Assembly (NCBI GenBank): GCA_903942465.1
Contig: CAJAPA010000012.1
Span: 4,636 to 68,635, forward strand
DNA from: an uncultured Gammaproteobacteria bacterium
Lineage (GTDB): Bacteria > Pseudomonadota > Gammaproteobacteria > Xanthomonadales > Xanthomonadaceae
Direction: 5' to 3'
Length of the DNA stretch: 64,000 nucleotides
In this document: in pieces, positions 54,625 to 64,000 of the stretch
Layout of the letters: the number at the start of each line of letters is the position of its first letter
How positions within the stretch are numbered: position 1 is the stretch's first letter
Position numbers and translations under genes: made by a program
Notes under the pieces: model-generated
Databases searched by the model: none
What the model saw: only the letters and a program-made list of their open reading frames with translations
Told to the model about the DNA's origin: nothing

Positions 54625-55923
54625 TTAAACCGGACGCATCGCTTCGGTAAAGGAAAGTTCCTGATCGGTCGATTGTGCGCGCTCGGCGACCCAGTCGATG
54701 ACCTGCTCTTCCATCACGCGGTTCTGCAGCCCTGACATTAAGTTGGGGTCGTTTCGGTACAATTCAATGACCTGTTTCGGTTCTTCATAGGTCGAGGCAA
54801 TCAGCGAAAGGGTTTCCTTGACGCGGTTGAAATCCAGCTGAAGCGCGTTCTGGCGGGCAATTTCACCCACCAGCAGGCCGGCGGCGGTACGGTTGCGGGC
54901 CGGCACCATGAACTGATCAAACGGATAAACGGCATCGGCCTGACCCTGCTGACGGGCTTGTTCCTGGGCATTGGCAGCCAGCTTGCGGGCTTCCTGCTCG
55001 ATCATTTTGGCCGGCAGTTCGACGTGGCTGTAGGCAGCCACCAGCTTCTGGGCGACTTCCGCACGCAAGCGGCTCATCAGCATGCCTTTCAGTTCGCGTT
55101 CGAGATTGGCGCGCACTTCATTGCGGAACACTTCGAGTTTGCCGCTCTTGACGCCGAAGCTCTTGACGAAGGCCTCATCGGCTTCCGGAATGCGCGGCTC
55201 GGAAACCTGGGTGGCCTTGATGGTGACATTGGCGGCTTGGCCGGCCAGCGCCGGAACACGCCAGTCGGCCGGGAATGTGATTTCAACCGAACGCTCATCG
55301 CCGGCATTCATACCCGACAGCTGGGCTTCCAGTTCCGGGAACATCACGCCCGAACCGAGCACGGTAGCGCCCTTCTCGGTACCTTCTTCGGGTACGCGCG
55401 CGGCGGCGGTGCTGGCGAAGGTTTCCACGGCCACCAGATCACCGACCTGTGCGGCACGGCTGACCGGCTCCCAGGTCCGACGCTGCTGGCGCAGGGTGTC
55501 GATCATGTGGTCGATATCGGCATCGGCGACGTTGGCCTGCACGCGGGTAATCTGCAGCTGGGTGACGTCGATGGTGCCGAAATCCGGAACGATTTCGAAA
55601 GTCGCGGTATAACGGATTTCATTTTCGGCTTCGGTCGGCTCGGCTTCGATACTCGGCTGACCGGCGATGCGGACGTTTTCCTGACGGACGGCCTGATCGA
55701 AACTGGCACGGATCAGCTCACCGAAAGCTTCGGAACGGACCTGCGGGCCGAAACGCTGTTCGATCACCTTGGTCGGTACCTTGCCCTTCCGGAAACCTTT
55801 CAGGTTGGCTTTGCTGGCCATGTCGCGCAGCCGGCCATCGATGACCGAAGACAGACGGTCGGAGGGGATTGAAACCGTCATGCGGCGTTCGAGCGTGCTG
55901 GTGTTTTCGACTGAAATTTGCAT
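54625..55923 (-). CDS. tig: Trigger factor
   Basis: GFRKGKVP signature, FKBP domain, upstream of clpP. Confidence 0.97.
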   Translation of the reverse strand: MQISVENTSTLERRMTVSIPSDRLSSVIDGRLRDMASKANLKGFRKGKVPTKVIEQRFGPQVRSEAFGELIRASFDQAVRQENVRIAGQPSIEAEPTEAENEIRYTATFEIVPDFGTIDVTQLQITRVQANVADADIDHMIDTLRQQRRTWEPVSRAAQVGDLVAVETFASTAAARVPEEGTEKGATVLGSGVMFPELEAQLSGMNAGDERSVEITFPADWRVPALAGQAANVTIKATQVSEPRIPEADEAFVKSFGVKSGKLEVFRNEVRANLERELKGMLMSRLRAEVAQKLVAAYSHVELPAKMIEQEARKLAANAQEQARQQGQADAVYPFDQFMVPARNRTAAGLLVGEIARQNALQLDFNRVKETLSLIASTYEEPKQVIELYRNDPNLMSGLQNRVMEEQVIDWVAERAQSTDQELSFTEAMRPV

Positions 55924-55952
55924 TACAACTCCTACATGCGCATTGCGCAGCT

Positions 55953-55982
55953 AAAAATGAAAAACCCGCGGAAAGCGGGCTT
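55953..55982 (-). terminator. Terminator after five-tRNA cluster, upstream of tig
   Basis: GCCCGC-TTTCC-GCGGGT-TTTTCATTTTT on minus strand. Confidence 0.7.
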
Positions 55983-56009
55983 GACGACTGAAGCACCCTT
56001 CCATGCTGA

Positions 56010-56094
56010 TGGTGCGAAAGGAGAGACTCGAACTCTCACGGGTTGCCCCACTGGAACCTAAATCCAGGGCGTCTACCAATTCCGCCACTTTCGC
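56010..56094 (-). tRNA. tRNA-Leu(TAG)
   Basis: GCGAAAGTGGCGGAATTGGTAGACGCCCTGGA-TTTAGGT-TCCAG...TTTCGCACCA. Confidence 0.97.
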
Positions 56095-56218
56095 ATGGAC
56101 CGAGCAGATGATTCGGACGACGGACGGCTCGGAACCCGGACAACCGGGGCTCGCAAAGCGCGGACCAACGCCGTTTCGTTACAACAACGGACTGCCGCTA
56201 TTATGCCGTAATTTGAAC

Positions 56219-56296
56219 TGGGGTGGAAGACGGGATTTGAACCCGCGACCCTCGGAATCACAATCCGATGCTCTAACCAACTGAGCTACATCCACC
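56219..56296 (-). tRNA. tRNA-His(GTG), with G-1 and C73
   Basis: GGTGGATGTAGCTCAG...TCGGA-TTGTGAT-TCCGA...CTTCCACCCCA. Confidence 0.95.
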
Positions 56297-56307
56297 ACTG
56301 GAGAAAC

Positions 56308-56384
56308 TGGCGCGCCCGGAGGGACTCGAACCCCCAACCAACGGAGTAGAAGTCCGTTGCTCTATCCAGTTGAGCTACAGGCGC
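56308..56384 (-). tRNA. tRNA-Arg(TCT)
   Basis: GCGCCTGTAGCTCAACTGGATAGAGCAACGGA-CTTCTAC-TCCGT...GGGCGCGCCA. Confidence 0.95.
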
Positions 56385-56441
56385 TCAAAGGGGATTCTGC
56401 ACCACGATACGGTTTCAGGGAAGCCTTTTCGTGCATCAGAT

Positions 56442-56518
<77 letters not shown>

Positions 56519-56535
56519 ACGGGCTGTTGAAAAAA

Positions 56536-56612
56536 TGGCGCGCCCGGAGAGATTCGAACTCCCGACCTACAAGTTCGTAGCCTGTTGCTCTATCCAGCTG
56601 AGCTACGGGCGC
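56536..56612 (-). tRNA. tRNA-Arg(ACG)
   Basis: GCGCCCGTAGCTCAGCTGGATAGAGCAACAGG-CTACGAA-CTTGT...GGGCGCGCCA. Confidence 0.97.
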
Positions 56613-56625
56613 GCTGAGGGATGAA

Positions 56626-56654
56626 ATTATGAATGAAAGCGGCTTTGCCGTCAA
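56626..56654 (-). promoter_or_regulatory. sigma70 promoter of tRNA cluster
   Basis: TTGACG-N17-CATAAT on minus strand. Confidence 0.75.
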
Positions 56655-56709
56655 CCGCCATTTCCGGCAAGTCATCGGCGGTTAAGGCCGGAAATCTTCC
56701 CGATTCCGC

Positions 56710-57522
56710 CTAAAACCAAGCCCTGAAGCCGAGCACCAGCTGATTTTCCCGAACCGGCTCGCCGGCCAGACGCCGCCATTCCGCGCTTTCACCGAAATGA
56801 CGCACATAACTCCAGCCGACATAAGGCGCGAATTTCCGGCTGATTTCATAGCGCAGACGCAGGCCGGCCTCGAGGGAGTTCAGGCCCTCGCCGAGGCCGC
56901 GCTGCGGATCGGATTGACCGTAAAACTCGGCCTCGAGCGATGGCTGCAGCATCCAACGGCTGCTCAGCAAAGTCTCGTACTCGGCGCCCAGGCGCAGCCC
57001 GTGCTGGCCGCCCTGCCCCAGATAGGCGGTTGCCTCGACCTCGAATTTGTAAGGGGCAAGACCAATCAGGCCGACGGCCAGGAAATCCTGGGACGGCCCG
57101 GGCTTGATATCGTGGCGCACGCCAAGCACGGCATCCCACCAGGCAGAAACCGCACGCCCGTAGAGCAGTTCCACATCGGCGGCCTCGGTGTCACCGGCAA
57201 CACGCTCTCCGGCGGTGCGTAGCCAGAGCCGGTTGATGTCGGATCCGACCCATGCCTTGCCTTCCCAAGCCAGACCGGTGCCCGGCTCGGCATCCCAGAA
57301 CTCGAGCCGTTCCATCAGCACTTTGCTTTGCCATTCCGAGGCATGCGCATGGTCATGCGCCAAGGGCGGGAATGCCGCGGCCCGGTCTGCATCGGTGACC
57401 GGCGGAATCGGCGTTTTCGGGGTTTCCATGTTCCAGAAATCATCCGCACTGGATTCCGTGCTGTCCTGCGCCATTGCAGGCAGCGCACATGCGGCGAAAA
57501 GACCGAACATCAAAAGCTTCAT
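56710..57522 (-). CDS. copB: Copper resistance protein B (outer membrane)
   Basis: AWVGSDINRLWL, ELLYGRA...WD...GVRHD, GLAPYKFE, GLRLRYE..RKFAPY; ATGA overlap with copA. Confidence 0.93.
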   Translation of the reverse strand: MKLLMFGLFAACALPAMAQDSTESSADDFWNMETPKTPIPPVTDADRAAAFPPLAHDHAHASEWQSKVLMERLEFWDAEPGTGLAWEGKAWVGSDINRLWLRTAGERVAGDTEAADVELLYGRAVSAWWDAVLGVRHDIKPGPSQDFLAVGLIGLAPYKFEVEATAYLGQGGQHGLRLGAEYETLLSSRWMLQPSLEAEFYGQSDPQRGLGEGLNSLEAGLRLRYEISRKFAPYVGWSYVRHFGESAEWRRLAGEPVRENQLVLGFRAWF

Positions 57523-59288
57523 TCGACCACCCGCACTTCGCGCATCATGCCCGATTCCATGTGGTACAGCAGATGGCAATGGTAGGCCCAGCGGCCCAGT
57601 GCATCGGCACGCACACGGTAACTGCGCTTGCTGCCGGGAGGCATGTCGATGGTGTGCTTGCGCACCATGAAGGCGCCTTTGTCATCCTCCAGATCGCTCC
57701 AGAGACCATGCAGATGGATCGGGTGGGTCATCATGGTGTCATTGACCAACACGATGCGGACGCGCTCGCCATAGTTCAGCTTCAAAGGCTCGGCACCGGC
57801 GAATGGAATGCCGTCGAACGACCAGGCGAATTTTTCCATGTGCCCGGTCAGGTGCAATTCAATTTCGCGCTTCGGCCAGCGTCCGTCGGGATCCTCGAAA
57901 CTGCTGTGCAGATCGGCATAGGAAAGTACGCGCCGGCCGTTGTCGCGCAGGCCGATACCCGGGTCATCCAGCTTCGGCACCGGCACCATGGTCTGCATGT
58001 CAACCAAGGGATTGCCGGCTTCGCTATCGGCGTGTTTCTGCATCGCCGCGCCGCCGTGATCCATGCCCGCCATCGCGGCCATATTGTGCCCGCTGTGATC
58101 CACGGCTGCCGAAACCTCAGGTTTTGCAGATGCCCCATGCGAAGAATGATCCATGCCGCCATGGCCCATGTCCTCCATGCTGAGGATCACGCGCGGATCG
58201 GGCGCCGGCACCGGTGCGCGCAGGCCCTCGCGTACTGCCAAGCTGCCGCTGACGAAACCGGTCCGGCCCATATCCTGAGCGTATATGCAGAATGCATCCT
58301 GGCCCGACGGCTCGACGATGACATCGAAGGTTTCCGCCACGGCGATACGGAATTCATCAACGGTGACCGGATGCACGTTCTGGCCGTCGGCGGCGACCAC
58401 CGTCATCTTCAGTCCCGGAATGCGCACGTCGAAATAGGTCATCGCCGAACCGTTGATGAAACGCAGCCGCACTTTTTCCCCCGGCCTGAACAGGCCTGTC
58501 CAGTTGCCCAGCGCGGTGGTTCCGTTCATCAGATAGGTGTAGGTGTTGGCATTGACGTCGGAGAGGTCGGTCGGGGTCATCCGCATGCGCCCCCAGGCCC
58601 CGCGGTCATCCAGCGTTTCAGCCAGCCCTTTGTTATCGGCATCGCGCAGGAAGTCGGAGACCGTACGCTTGCCGTAATTGTCGTAACTCGACATCTTCTT
58701 CAGCCGGGCATACAGATCCGCCGGCGATAAATCGGTCCAATCGCTGAGCAGAACCGTATAGTCACGATCATACTTGAATGGCTCCGGCACCTGCGGCTCG
58801 ACGATCAATGCCCCGTAAAGACCGGCCTGCTCCTGGAAACCGGAATGGCTGTGATACCAGTAGGTGCCGGATTGTTTGAGCTGGAAGCGGTAAAGCCAGG
58901 ATTCACCGCGGCGGATGCCGTCGAAGCTCATGCCCGGCACGCCGTCCATGTTGGCCGGCAGCAGGATGCCATGCCAGTGGATCGAGGTCGTGTCGCCGAA
59001 CAGGGACCCGCGCGGCAACAGATTGTCGACGCGCACGGTCACGGTATCGCCTTCACGCCAGCGTATTTCGGGGGCCGGCAGGCTGTCGTTGACGGTCACC
59101 GCGGTCCGGTTCTTACCGGTGAAATTGACCGGCATCTCGCCGATCCGCAGATGCAGATCGGTGCTGCGCAGTATCGGAGCGCCTTGCCCTGCGCGCGCCG
59201 ACACCGGCCAGGCGCCGAAACCGGCCATAATTCCGCCGGCGGCAAGACCCTGAACGAAACGGCGGCGGCTTGGATTTCGGAAGGACAT
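57519..59288 (-). CDS. copA: CopA family multicopper oxidase
   Basis: Tat signal SRRRFV; HWHG, WYHSH, HPIHLHG, HCHLLYHM..GM; Met/His-rich linker. Confidence 0.96.
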   Translation of the reverse strand: MSFRNPSRRRFVQGLAAGGIMAGFGAWPVSARAGQGAPILRSTDLHLRIGEMPVNFTGKNRTAVTVNDSLPAPEIRWREGDTVTVRVDNLLPRGSLFGDTTSIHWHGILLPANMDGVPGMSFDGIRRGESWLYRFQLKQSGTYWYHSHSGFQEQAGLYGALIVEPQVPEPFKYDRDYTVLLSDWTDLSPADLYARLKKMSSYDNYGKRTVSDFLRDADNKGLAETLDDRGAWGRMRMTPTDLSDVNANTYTYLMNGTTALGNWTGLFRPGEKVRLRFINGSAMTYFDVRIPGLKMTVVAADGQNVHPVTVDEFRIAVAETFDVIVEPSGQDAFCIYAQDMGRTGFVSGSLAVREGLRAPVPAPDPRVILSMEDMGHGGMDHSSHGASAKPEVSAAVDHSGHNMAAMAGMDHGGAAMQKHADSEAGNPLVDMQTMVPVPKLDDPGIGLRDNGRRVLSYADLHSSFEDPDGRWPKREIELHLTGHMEKFAWSFDGIPFAGAEPLKLNYGERVRIVLVNDTMMTHPIHLHGLWSDLEDDKGAFMVRKHTIDMPPGSKRSYRVRADALGRWAYHCHLLYHMESGMMREVRVVE

Positions 59289-59367
59289 ACGGGTACGTTG
59301 CGAATTGGCGGAAAACCATCATACCGCCGTCGATAGAGACGATGCGTCCGGATACTGTGAATTCCAC

Positions 59368-59396
59368 AAAAAAACCACCCGCAAGGGTGGTTTTTT
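59368..59396. terminator. Bidirectional terminator after tRNA-Ser(GCT)
   Basis: AAAAAAACCACCC-GCAA-GGGTGGTTTTTT. Confidence 0.88.
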
Positions 59397-59402
59397 GGAA
59401 GT

Positions 59403-59495
59403 TGGCGGAGAGAGAGGGATTCGAACCCTCGATAAGGCTTTTGACCCTATACTCCCTTAGCAGGGGAGCCCCTTCAGCCTCTCGGGCATCTCTCC
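59403..59495 (-). tRNA. tRNA-Ser(GCT)
   Basis: GGAGAGATGCCCGAGAGG...CTCCC-CTGCTAA-GGGAG...CTCTCTCCGCCA; csrA-serV context. Confidence 0.97.
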
Positions 59496-59529
59496 GGGGT
59501 CTGAAACGGCAGCGCCGCACAGGTTGACC

Positions 59530-59558
59530 ATGATACGGCTTTTGGCCGTTCCGGTAAA
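59530..59558 (-). promoter_or_regulatory. Promoter of tRNA-Ser(GCT)
   Basis: TTTACC-N17-TATCAT on minus strand. Confidence 0.6.
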
Positions 59559-59560
59559 CC

Positions 59561-59755
59561 TCAATCTGCCTTGGGTTCGGTGTTTTCCGCGGAATCCCTA
59601 CCGATTTTCTGGTAAATCTCCTCCCGGTGCACGCCCACGTCCTTGGGCGCGGTGATGCCCAAACGGACCTGATTGCCTTTCACGCCGAGCACGGTCACGG
59701 TGATTTCATCACCGATCATCAGCGTTTCTCCGACACGTCGGGTCAGGATTAACAT
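59561..59755 (-). CDS. csrA: Carbon storage regulator CsrA/RsmA
   Basis: [10 protein letters not shown]...[11 protein letters not shown]...HREEIY. Confidence 0.98.
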   Translation of the reverse strand: MLILTRRVGETLMIGDEITVTVLGVKGNQVRLGITAPKDVGVHREEIYQKIGRDSAENTEPKAD

Positions 59756-59836
59756 GCACCTACTCCTTTTGTTGCACAGCCATTATCCATTGTCGCAAGC
59801 AAATCCTAGACCACATTCGGGCCAAGGGCAAATGAC

Positions 59837-62503
59837 TCAGGCCAAACGGTCGGCCAACCAGTCATCCAGCTCCGCCATGGCCTTGAGCAGCGCCGGACCG
59901 TCCTCGCCGCCGCCCTGGGCAAAATCCGCACGGCCGCCGCCCTTGCCGCCGATCTGGGCGGCAATATGCGCCAGAACATCACCGGCTTTCAGCTTGGCCT
60001 GTGCCCTGCCCTGCACGCCGGCAACCAGCGAGGCTTTGCCGTCCTGCGCCGCGGCTAGAACAATGATCGAATCCGGAAGTTGGACCTTGAGATTGTCGAC
60101 CAGTTCCCGGAGACCTTTGGGGTCGCCGCTCTCGATCCGCAGTTTGACCAGCTTGATTCCGGCAATATCAATTGCCTGTGCGGCCATTTCGGCGCTCTGA
60201 CCGGATGCCGCTTTGGCCTTGTAGGCATCGAGTGCCTGTTCAAGTTTCTTCTGGCGTTCAAGCAGTTGGTTCAGCTTATCGAGGACATCATGGCCACGGG
60301 CTCCGATAAGTTCCGAGGCTTTCTGCAATACCGATTCGCTGTGTTTGAACGCCGCCACGGCATGGGCGCCCGTAGTTGCCTCGATCCGGCGCACGCCAGC
60401 GGCAACGCCGGCTTCGGACAGGATCTTGAACACGCCGATATCGCCGGTGCGGTGCACATGGGTACCCCCGCAGAGTTCGGTCGAAAAATCACCCATCCGC
60501 AGAACGCGAACGCGCTCGCCGTATTTTTCACCGAACAGCGCCATCGCTCCGAAATCGAGGGCTTCCTGCATGCCCATATGATGGACCTCGGCTTCGGCAT
60601 TGCGGCGGATTTCGCTATTGACCATTTCTTCGATGCGCTGCAGCTGCTCGGCCGTAACCGCCTGGAAATGCGAAAAATCGAAACGGGTGCGCTCCGGTGT
60701 CACCAGTGATCCCTTCTGGCTGACATGCTCGCCGAGCACAGTTCGCAGCGCCGCGTGCAACAGATGGGTCGCCGAATGGTTGGTGACCGTCGACTGGCGG
60801 CGGCCGGCATCGACGCGGGCGGAAAGCTTGTCACCGATGGCGATGCGTCCGCTCTCAAGCGCCCCGACATGGCCATGGAAGATGGCGGACAGCTTTTGGG
60901 TATCTTCGACCGAGAAACGCACGTCGGTGGATGCGCACAGCACGCCGGCATCACCGATCTGACCGCCAGATTCGGCATAAAACGGCGTTTTGTCGAGCAG
61001 AACGATTCCGCGCTGACCGGCTTCGAGTACCACAACCGGATTGCCATCACGGAGCAGTGCCACCACGCGGCAGCCATCACATTCCAGCTTTTCGTAACCC
61101 TTGAATTCGGTGGCATGCAGACTGGCGACCAACTCGGCGGGCAGCCCGACCGTTCCGGCGAATTTGCTGGCACCGCGGGCACGATCCCGCTGCTGATCCA
61201 TCAAGGTTTCATACTGTTCCATTGCATCCGGCGCAGGGTCCAGGCCACGCTCACGCAGGATATCGATGATCAGATCGGGTGGACAGCCGAATGTATCGTG
61301 CAACAGGAACAACTGTTCGCCGCTGACCGCATCGGCGCCATCGGCCAGCATACCGTCCAGACGGACCATGCCGGCATCGAGTGTGGTCGCGAAGGCCGCT
61401 TCTTCGGCCCTCAGTGCCTGCTCGATCAGCGTACGTTTGCTTTCCAGTTCCGGATAGGCTCCGGCCATTTTTTCAGCCAAAGGCTGCAGCATGCGCCAGA
61501 AAAGGCCTTCAGGACGCAGAGCGCCGAGCTTCCAGAGATGGCGTACGGCACGGCGGATGATGCGCCGCAGCACGTAACCGCGGCCTTCATTGGAGGGCAG
61601 AACGCCGTCGACAATCAGGAAACTGCAGGCGCGGATGTGATCGGCGATGACACGGAGTGACTTGTTGCCGAGATCATCGGTATCCGTCAATGCCGCCGCG
61701 GTACGGATCAGATGATCGAACAGATCGATTTCATAGTTGCTGTGGACATGCTGCAGCACGGCGGCGATGCGCTCGAGGCCCATTCCGGTGTCGACGCAGG
61801 GCGCTGGAAGCGGCAGCAGGGTGCCGTCGGGCTGCCGGTCGAACTGCATGAATACATTGTTCCAGATCTCGATGAAGCGGTCACCGTCTTCATCCGGAGA
61901 ACCGGGCGGACCGCCGGCGATATGGTCGCCATGATCGAAAAAAATCTCGGTGCAGGGCCCGCAGGGGCCGGTATCGGCCATCTGCCAGAAGTTATCCGAC
62001 GCAAACGGCGCCCCCTTGTTGTCGCCGATGCGGATGATGCGCGATTCCGGCAGGCCGATCTGCGTATGCCAGATATCAAACGCCTCGTCATCGGTGTGGT
62101 AGACCGTGACCAATAACCGCTCTTTGGGCAGCTTCCAGACCTCAGTCAGCAATTCCCAGGCGTAATGAATGGCGTCTTTCTTGAAGTAATCGCCGAAGCT
62201 GAAATTTCCCAGCATTTCGAAGAAGGTATGGTGGCGTGCGGTGTAGCCGACCTGGTCAAGATCATTGTGTTTGCCGCCGGCCCGCACGCAGCGCTGCGAA
62301 CTGACGGCACGGGTGTAGCTGCGTTTTTCGGCACCGAGAAACACATCCTTGAACTGCACCATGCCGGCATTGGTGAACAGCAGGGTCGGATCATTGCCGG
62401 GAACCAGCGGGCTGCTGGGCACTACGGTATGGCCTTTACCGGCAAAGAAATCCAGGAAATCCTGGCGGATTTGCGCACTCGAGCGCGACGTCATCTGTGT
62501 CAT
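59837..62503 (-). CDS. alaS: Alanine--tRNA ligase
   Basis: DPTLLFTNAGM, HHTFFEMLGNFS, DTGMGLER, editing HxxxH and ELCGGTH, KGGGR. Confidence 0.98.
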   Translation of the reverse strand: MTQMTSRSSAQIRQDFLDFFAGKGHTVVPSSPLVPGNDPTLLFTNAGMVQFKDVFLGAEKRSYTRAVSSQRCVRAGGKHNDLDQVGYTARHHTFFEMLGNFSFGDYFKKDAIHYAWELLTEVWKLPKERLLVTVYHTDDEAFDIWHTQIGLPESRIIRIGDNKGAPFASDNFWQMADTGPCGPCTEIFFDHGDHIAGGPPGSPDEDGDRFIEIWNNVFMQFDRQPDGTLLPLPAPCVDTGMGLERIAAVLQHVHSNYEIDLFDHLIRTAAALTDTDDLGNKSLRVIADHIRACSFLIVDGVLPSNEGRGYVLRRIIRRAVRHLWKLGALRPEGLFWRMLQPLAEKMAGAYPELESKRTLIEQALRAEEAAFATTLDAGMVRLDGMLADGADAVSGEQLFLLHDTFGCPPDLIIDILRERGLDPAPDAMEQYETLMDQQRDRARGASKFAGTVGLPAELVASLHATEFKGYEKLECDGCRVVALLRDGNPVVVLEAGQRGIVLLDKTPFYAESGGQIGDAGVLCASTDVRFSVEDTQKLSAIFHGHVGALESGRIAIGDKLSARVDAGRRQSTVTNHSATHLLHAALRTVLGEHVSQKGSLVTPERTRFDFSHFQAVTAEQLQRIEEMVNSEIRRNAEAEVHHMGMQEALDFGAMALFGEKYGERVRVLRMGDFSTELCGGTHVHRTGDIGVFKILSEAGVAAGVRRIEATTGAHAVAAFKHSESVLQKASELIGARGHDVLDKLNQLLERQKKLEQALDAYKAKAASGQSAEMAAQAIDIAGIKLVKLRIESGDPKGLRELVDNLKVQLPDSIIVLAAAQDGKASLVAGVQGRAQAKLKAGDVLAHIAAQIGGKGGGRADFAQGGGEDGPALLKAMAELDDWLADRLA

Positions 62504-62576
62504 GGTCAACCTGAAGCGTGGGACGCGGCACAGAATGCACCGCTACGCCTTGATTTTAAACCATTTGCCGACGATT

Positions 62577-63068
62577 TTAGGGACTTTCGTCGATTAAATC
62601 GGATGCCGACGGCCATTCCCGTATTTTTACGGCAGTAAAGGCCGTTTTCTGGTCAAATCCCCGGCGCAGCAGAAAATCAACGGCTTTCCGGCTTTGCGCC
62701 GGATCAGCCTGTATTTTCCGGAGATAACGTCTCGCCACCAGGCCCTGCGCAGTCTCGAGCCAGTCTTCGGACAAGCAAGCCATCGTTTCCGCAATGACCT
62801 CGGTTCCAAGGTTGTGCTGTGCCAGTTCAGCCCGGATCCGGACGGGACCGTACCCCGCTGCCTGGCGGGATCGGGCCAACGCCATTGCAAACCGGGCATC
62901 GTTCTGGAAGTCCTGCCGTGACAGCGATTCCAGCGCCGTATCGATCTCATCCGCCTCTTTTCCCCGCTGCCGAAGCTTCTGTTTCAGCTCGCGGCGTGAA
63001 TGTTCACGCCGCACCAGCAGACCCATGGCCTGCTGGTAGGCGGGAAGATCCGAGGTTTTTCTGCGCAT
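62577..63068 (-). CDS. recX: Regulatory protein RecX
   Basis: LLVRREHSRRELKQKL, DARFA, GYGP.RI..EL, LRRGF; TGATG overlap with recA. Confidence 0.93.
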   Translation of the reverse strand: MRRKTSDLPAYQQAMGLLVRREHSRRELKQKLRQRGKEADEIDTALESLSRQDFQNDARFAMALARSRQAAGYGPVRIRAELAQHNLGTEVIAETMACLSEDWLETAQGLVARRYLRKIQADPAQSRKAVDFLLRRGFDQKTAFTAVKIREWPSASDLIDESP

Positions 63069-64000
63069 CAGGCTTCGATGTCTTCAATCGGCTTTTTCGG
63101 CACGATGACCGGCTTGAGCTTTTCCTTGATTTTGGCTTCAAGCTCAAGGGCCATTTTCGGATTGTCTTTGAGATACTGGCGGGCGTTTTCTTTACCCTGT
63201 CCGATGCGCTCACCGAGTGCGCTGTACCAGGCCCCCGATTTTTCAACGAACTTGGCATCAACACCCAGATCGAGGATTTCGCCTTCCCGGGAAATACCCT
63301 CGCCATAAAGGATTTCGGTAATGACCTGCTTGAACGGCGGGGCCATCTTGTTCTTGACCACCTTGATGCGGGTTTCATTGCCGATGATTTCATCGCCCTT
63401 CTTGACCGCACCGATACGGCGGATGTCCAGACGCACTGAAGCATAGAATTTCAGGGCATTGCCGCCGGTGGTGGTTTCCGGATTCTGGCCGGGCATCATC
63501 ATGCCGATTTTCATTCGCAACTGGTTGATGAAAATGACCATGCAGTTGCTGCGTTTGATGTTTCCGGTCAGCTTACGCAGGGCCTGGCTCATCAGACGGG
63601 CCTGCAAGCCGACCTGCATTTCACCCATTTCGCCTTCGATTTCGGCGCGCGGCGTTAGCGCTGCAACCGAGTCAATCACGACCATATCGACGGCATTCGA
63701 GCGCACCAGCATATCGACGATTTCAAGGGCCTGCTCACCGGTATCCGGCTGCGAAATCAGCAAATCATCAACATTGACGCCGAGCTTCTGGGCATATCCC
63801 GGATCGAGCGCATGTTCGGCATCGACGAAGGCTGCCGTACCGCCTGCTTTCTGGCATTGGGCAATGGTCTGCAAGGTCAGTGTGGTCTTGCCCGAGGATT
63901 CCGGCCCGTAGATTTCAACGACACGGCCTTTGGGCAGACCGCCGATTCCCAGCGCAAGATCGAGCATGATCGAACCGGTACCGATGACTTCGGCCGCCTC
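63068..64000 (-). CDS. recA: Recombinase RecA (N-terminus beyond right edge)
   Basis: [48 protein letters not shown]; frame open to window end. Confidence 0.98.
   Translation of the reverse strand, partial: EAAEVIGTGSIMLDLALGIGGLPKGRVVEIYGPESSGKTTLTLQTIAQCQKAGGTAAFVDAEHALDPGYAQKLGVNVDDLLISQPDTGEQALEIVDMLVRSNAVDMVVIDSVAALTPRAEIEGEMGEMQVGLQARLMSQALRKLTGNIKRSNCMVIFINQLRMKIGMMMPGQNPETTTGGNALKFYASVRLDIRRIGAVKKGDEIIGNETRIKVVKNKMAPPFKQVITEILYGEGISREGEILDLGVDAKFVEKSGAWYSALGERIGQGKENARQYLKDNPKMALELEAKIKEKLKPVIVPKKPIEDIEA

Noticed and set aside
56613-59402. copAB as a mobile element with att sites
   Set aside because: No transposase or integrase and no visible direct repeat of the tRNA-Ser(GCT) 3' end.

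Overview
Core-chromosome segment of a GC-rich gammaproteobacterium, most likely Xanthomonadales/Lysobacteraceae. That call is inferred from the Rec[11 protein letters not shown] insert, the NuoB/NuoC extensions and the gene order. From left to right the window holds: nuoA-G (nuoG cut by the left edge), tRNA-Leu, secG, tpiA, and an SDR / 2OG-Fe(II) oxygenase pair; a roughly 18 kb minus-strand run (yceD-rpmF-fabHDG-acpP-[orphan]-fabF-pabB-pabC-mltG-tmk-holB-pilZ-truA-trpFBA-accD-glmM); moxR-DUF58-transglutaminase plus a secreted protein; dnaX-ybaB-recR-HIT; tRNA-Ser with SRP RNA; kdkA-MBL-moaACDE; GT9 and a DUF6165-like gene; an accessory block at about 39.4-43.9 kb; dnaQ-rnhA-yafS-gloB-SLT; ppiD, tRNAs, hupB, lon, clpXP, tig; five tRNAs; copAB; tRNA-Ser, csrA, alaS, recX and recA (cut by the right edge). 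In total there are 11 tRNAs and one SRP RNA. I saw no rRNA, CRISPR array, integrase, transposase or phage gene. Most of the window is ordinary housekeeping DNA. The best candidate for something new is the block around tRNA-Ser(CGA). It contains a kinase-less REC-HPt protein divergent from an orphan OmpR regulator, a GT4 glycosyltransferase that has lost its donor-binding residues, a PP2C with degraded metal-binding motifs, and an orphan lipoprotein. Secondary candidates are an orphan membrane protein inside the fab operon and a translationally coupled, apparently leaderless kdkA-MBL-moaACDE operon. All family calls come from motif recognition and memory; no database searches were run.
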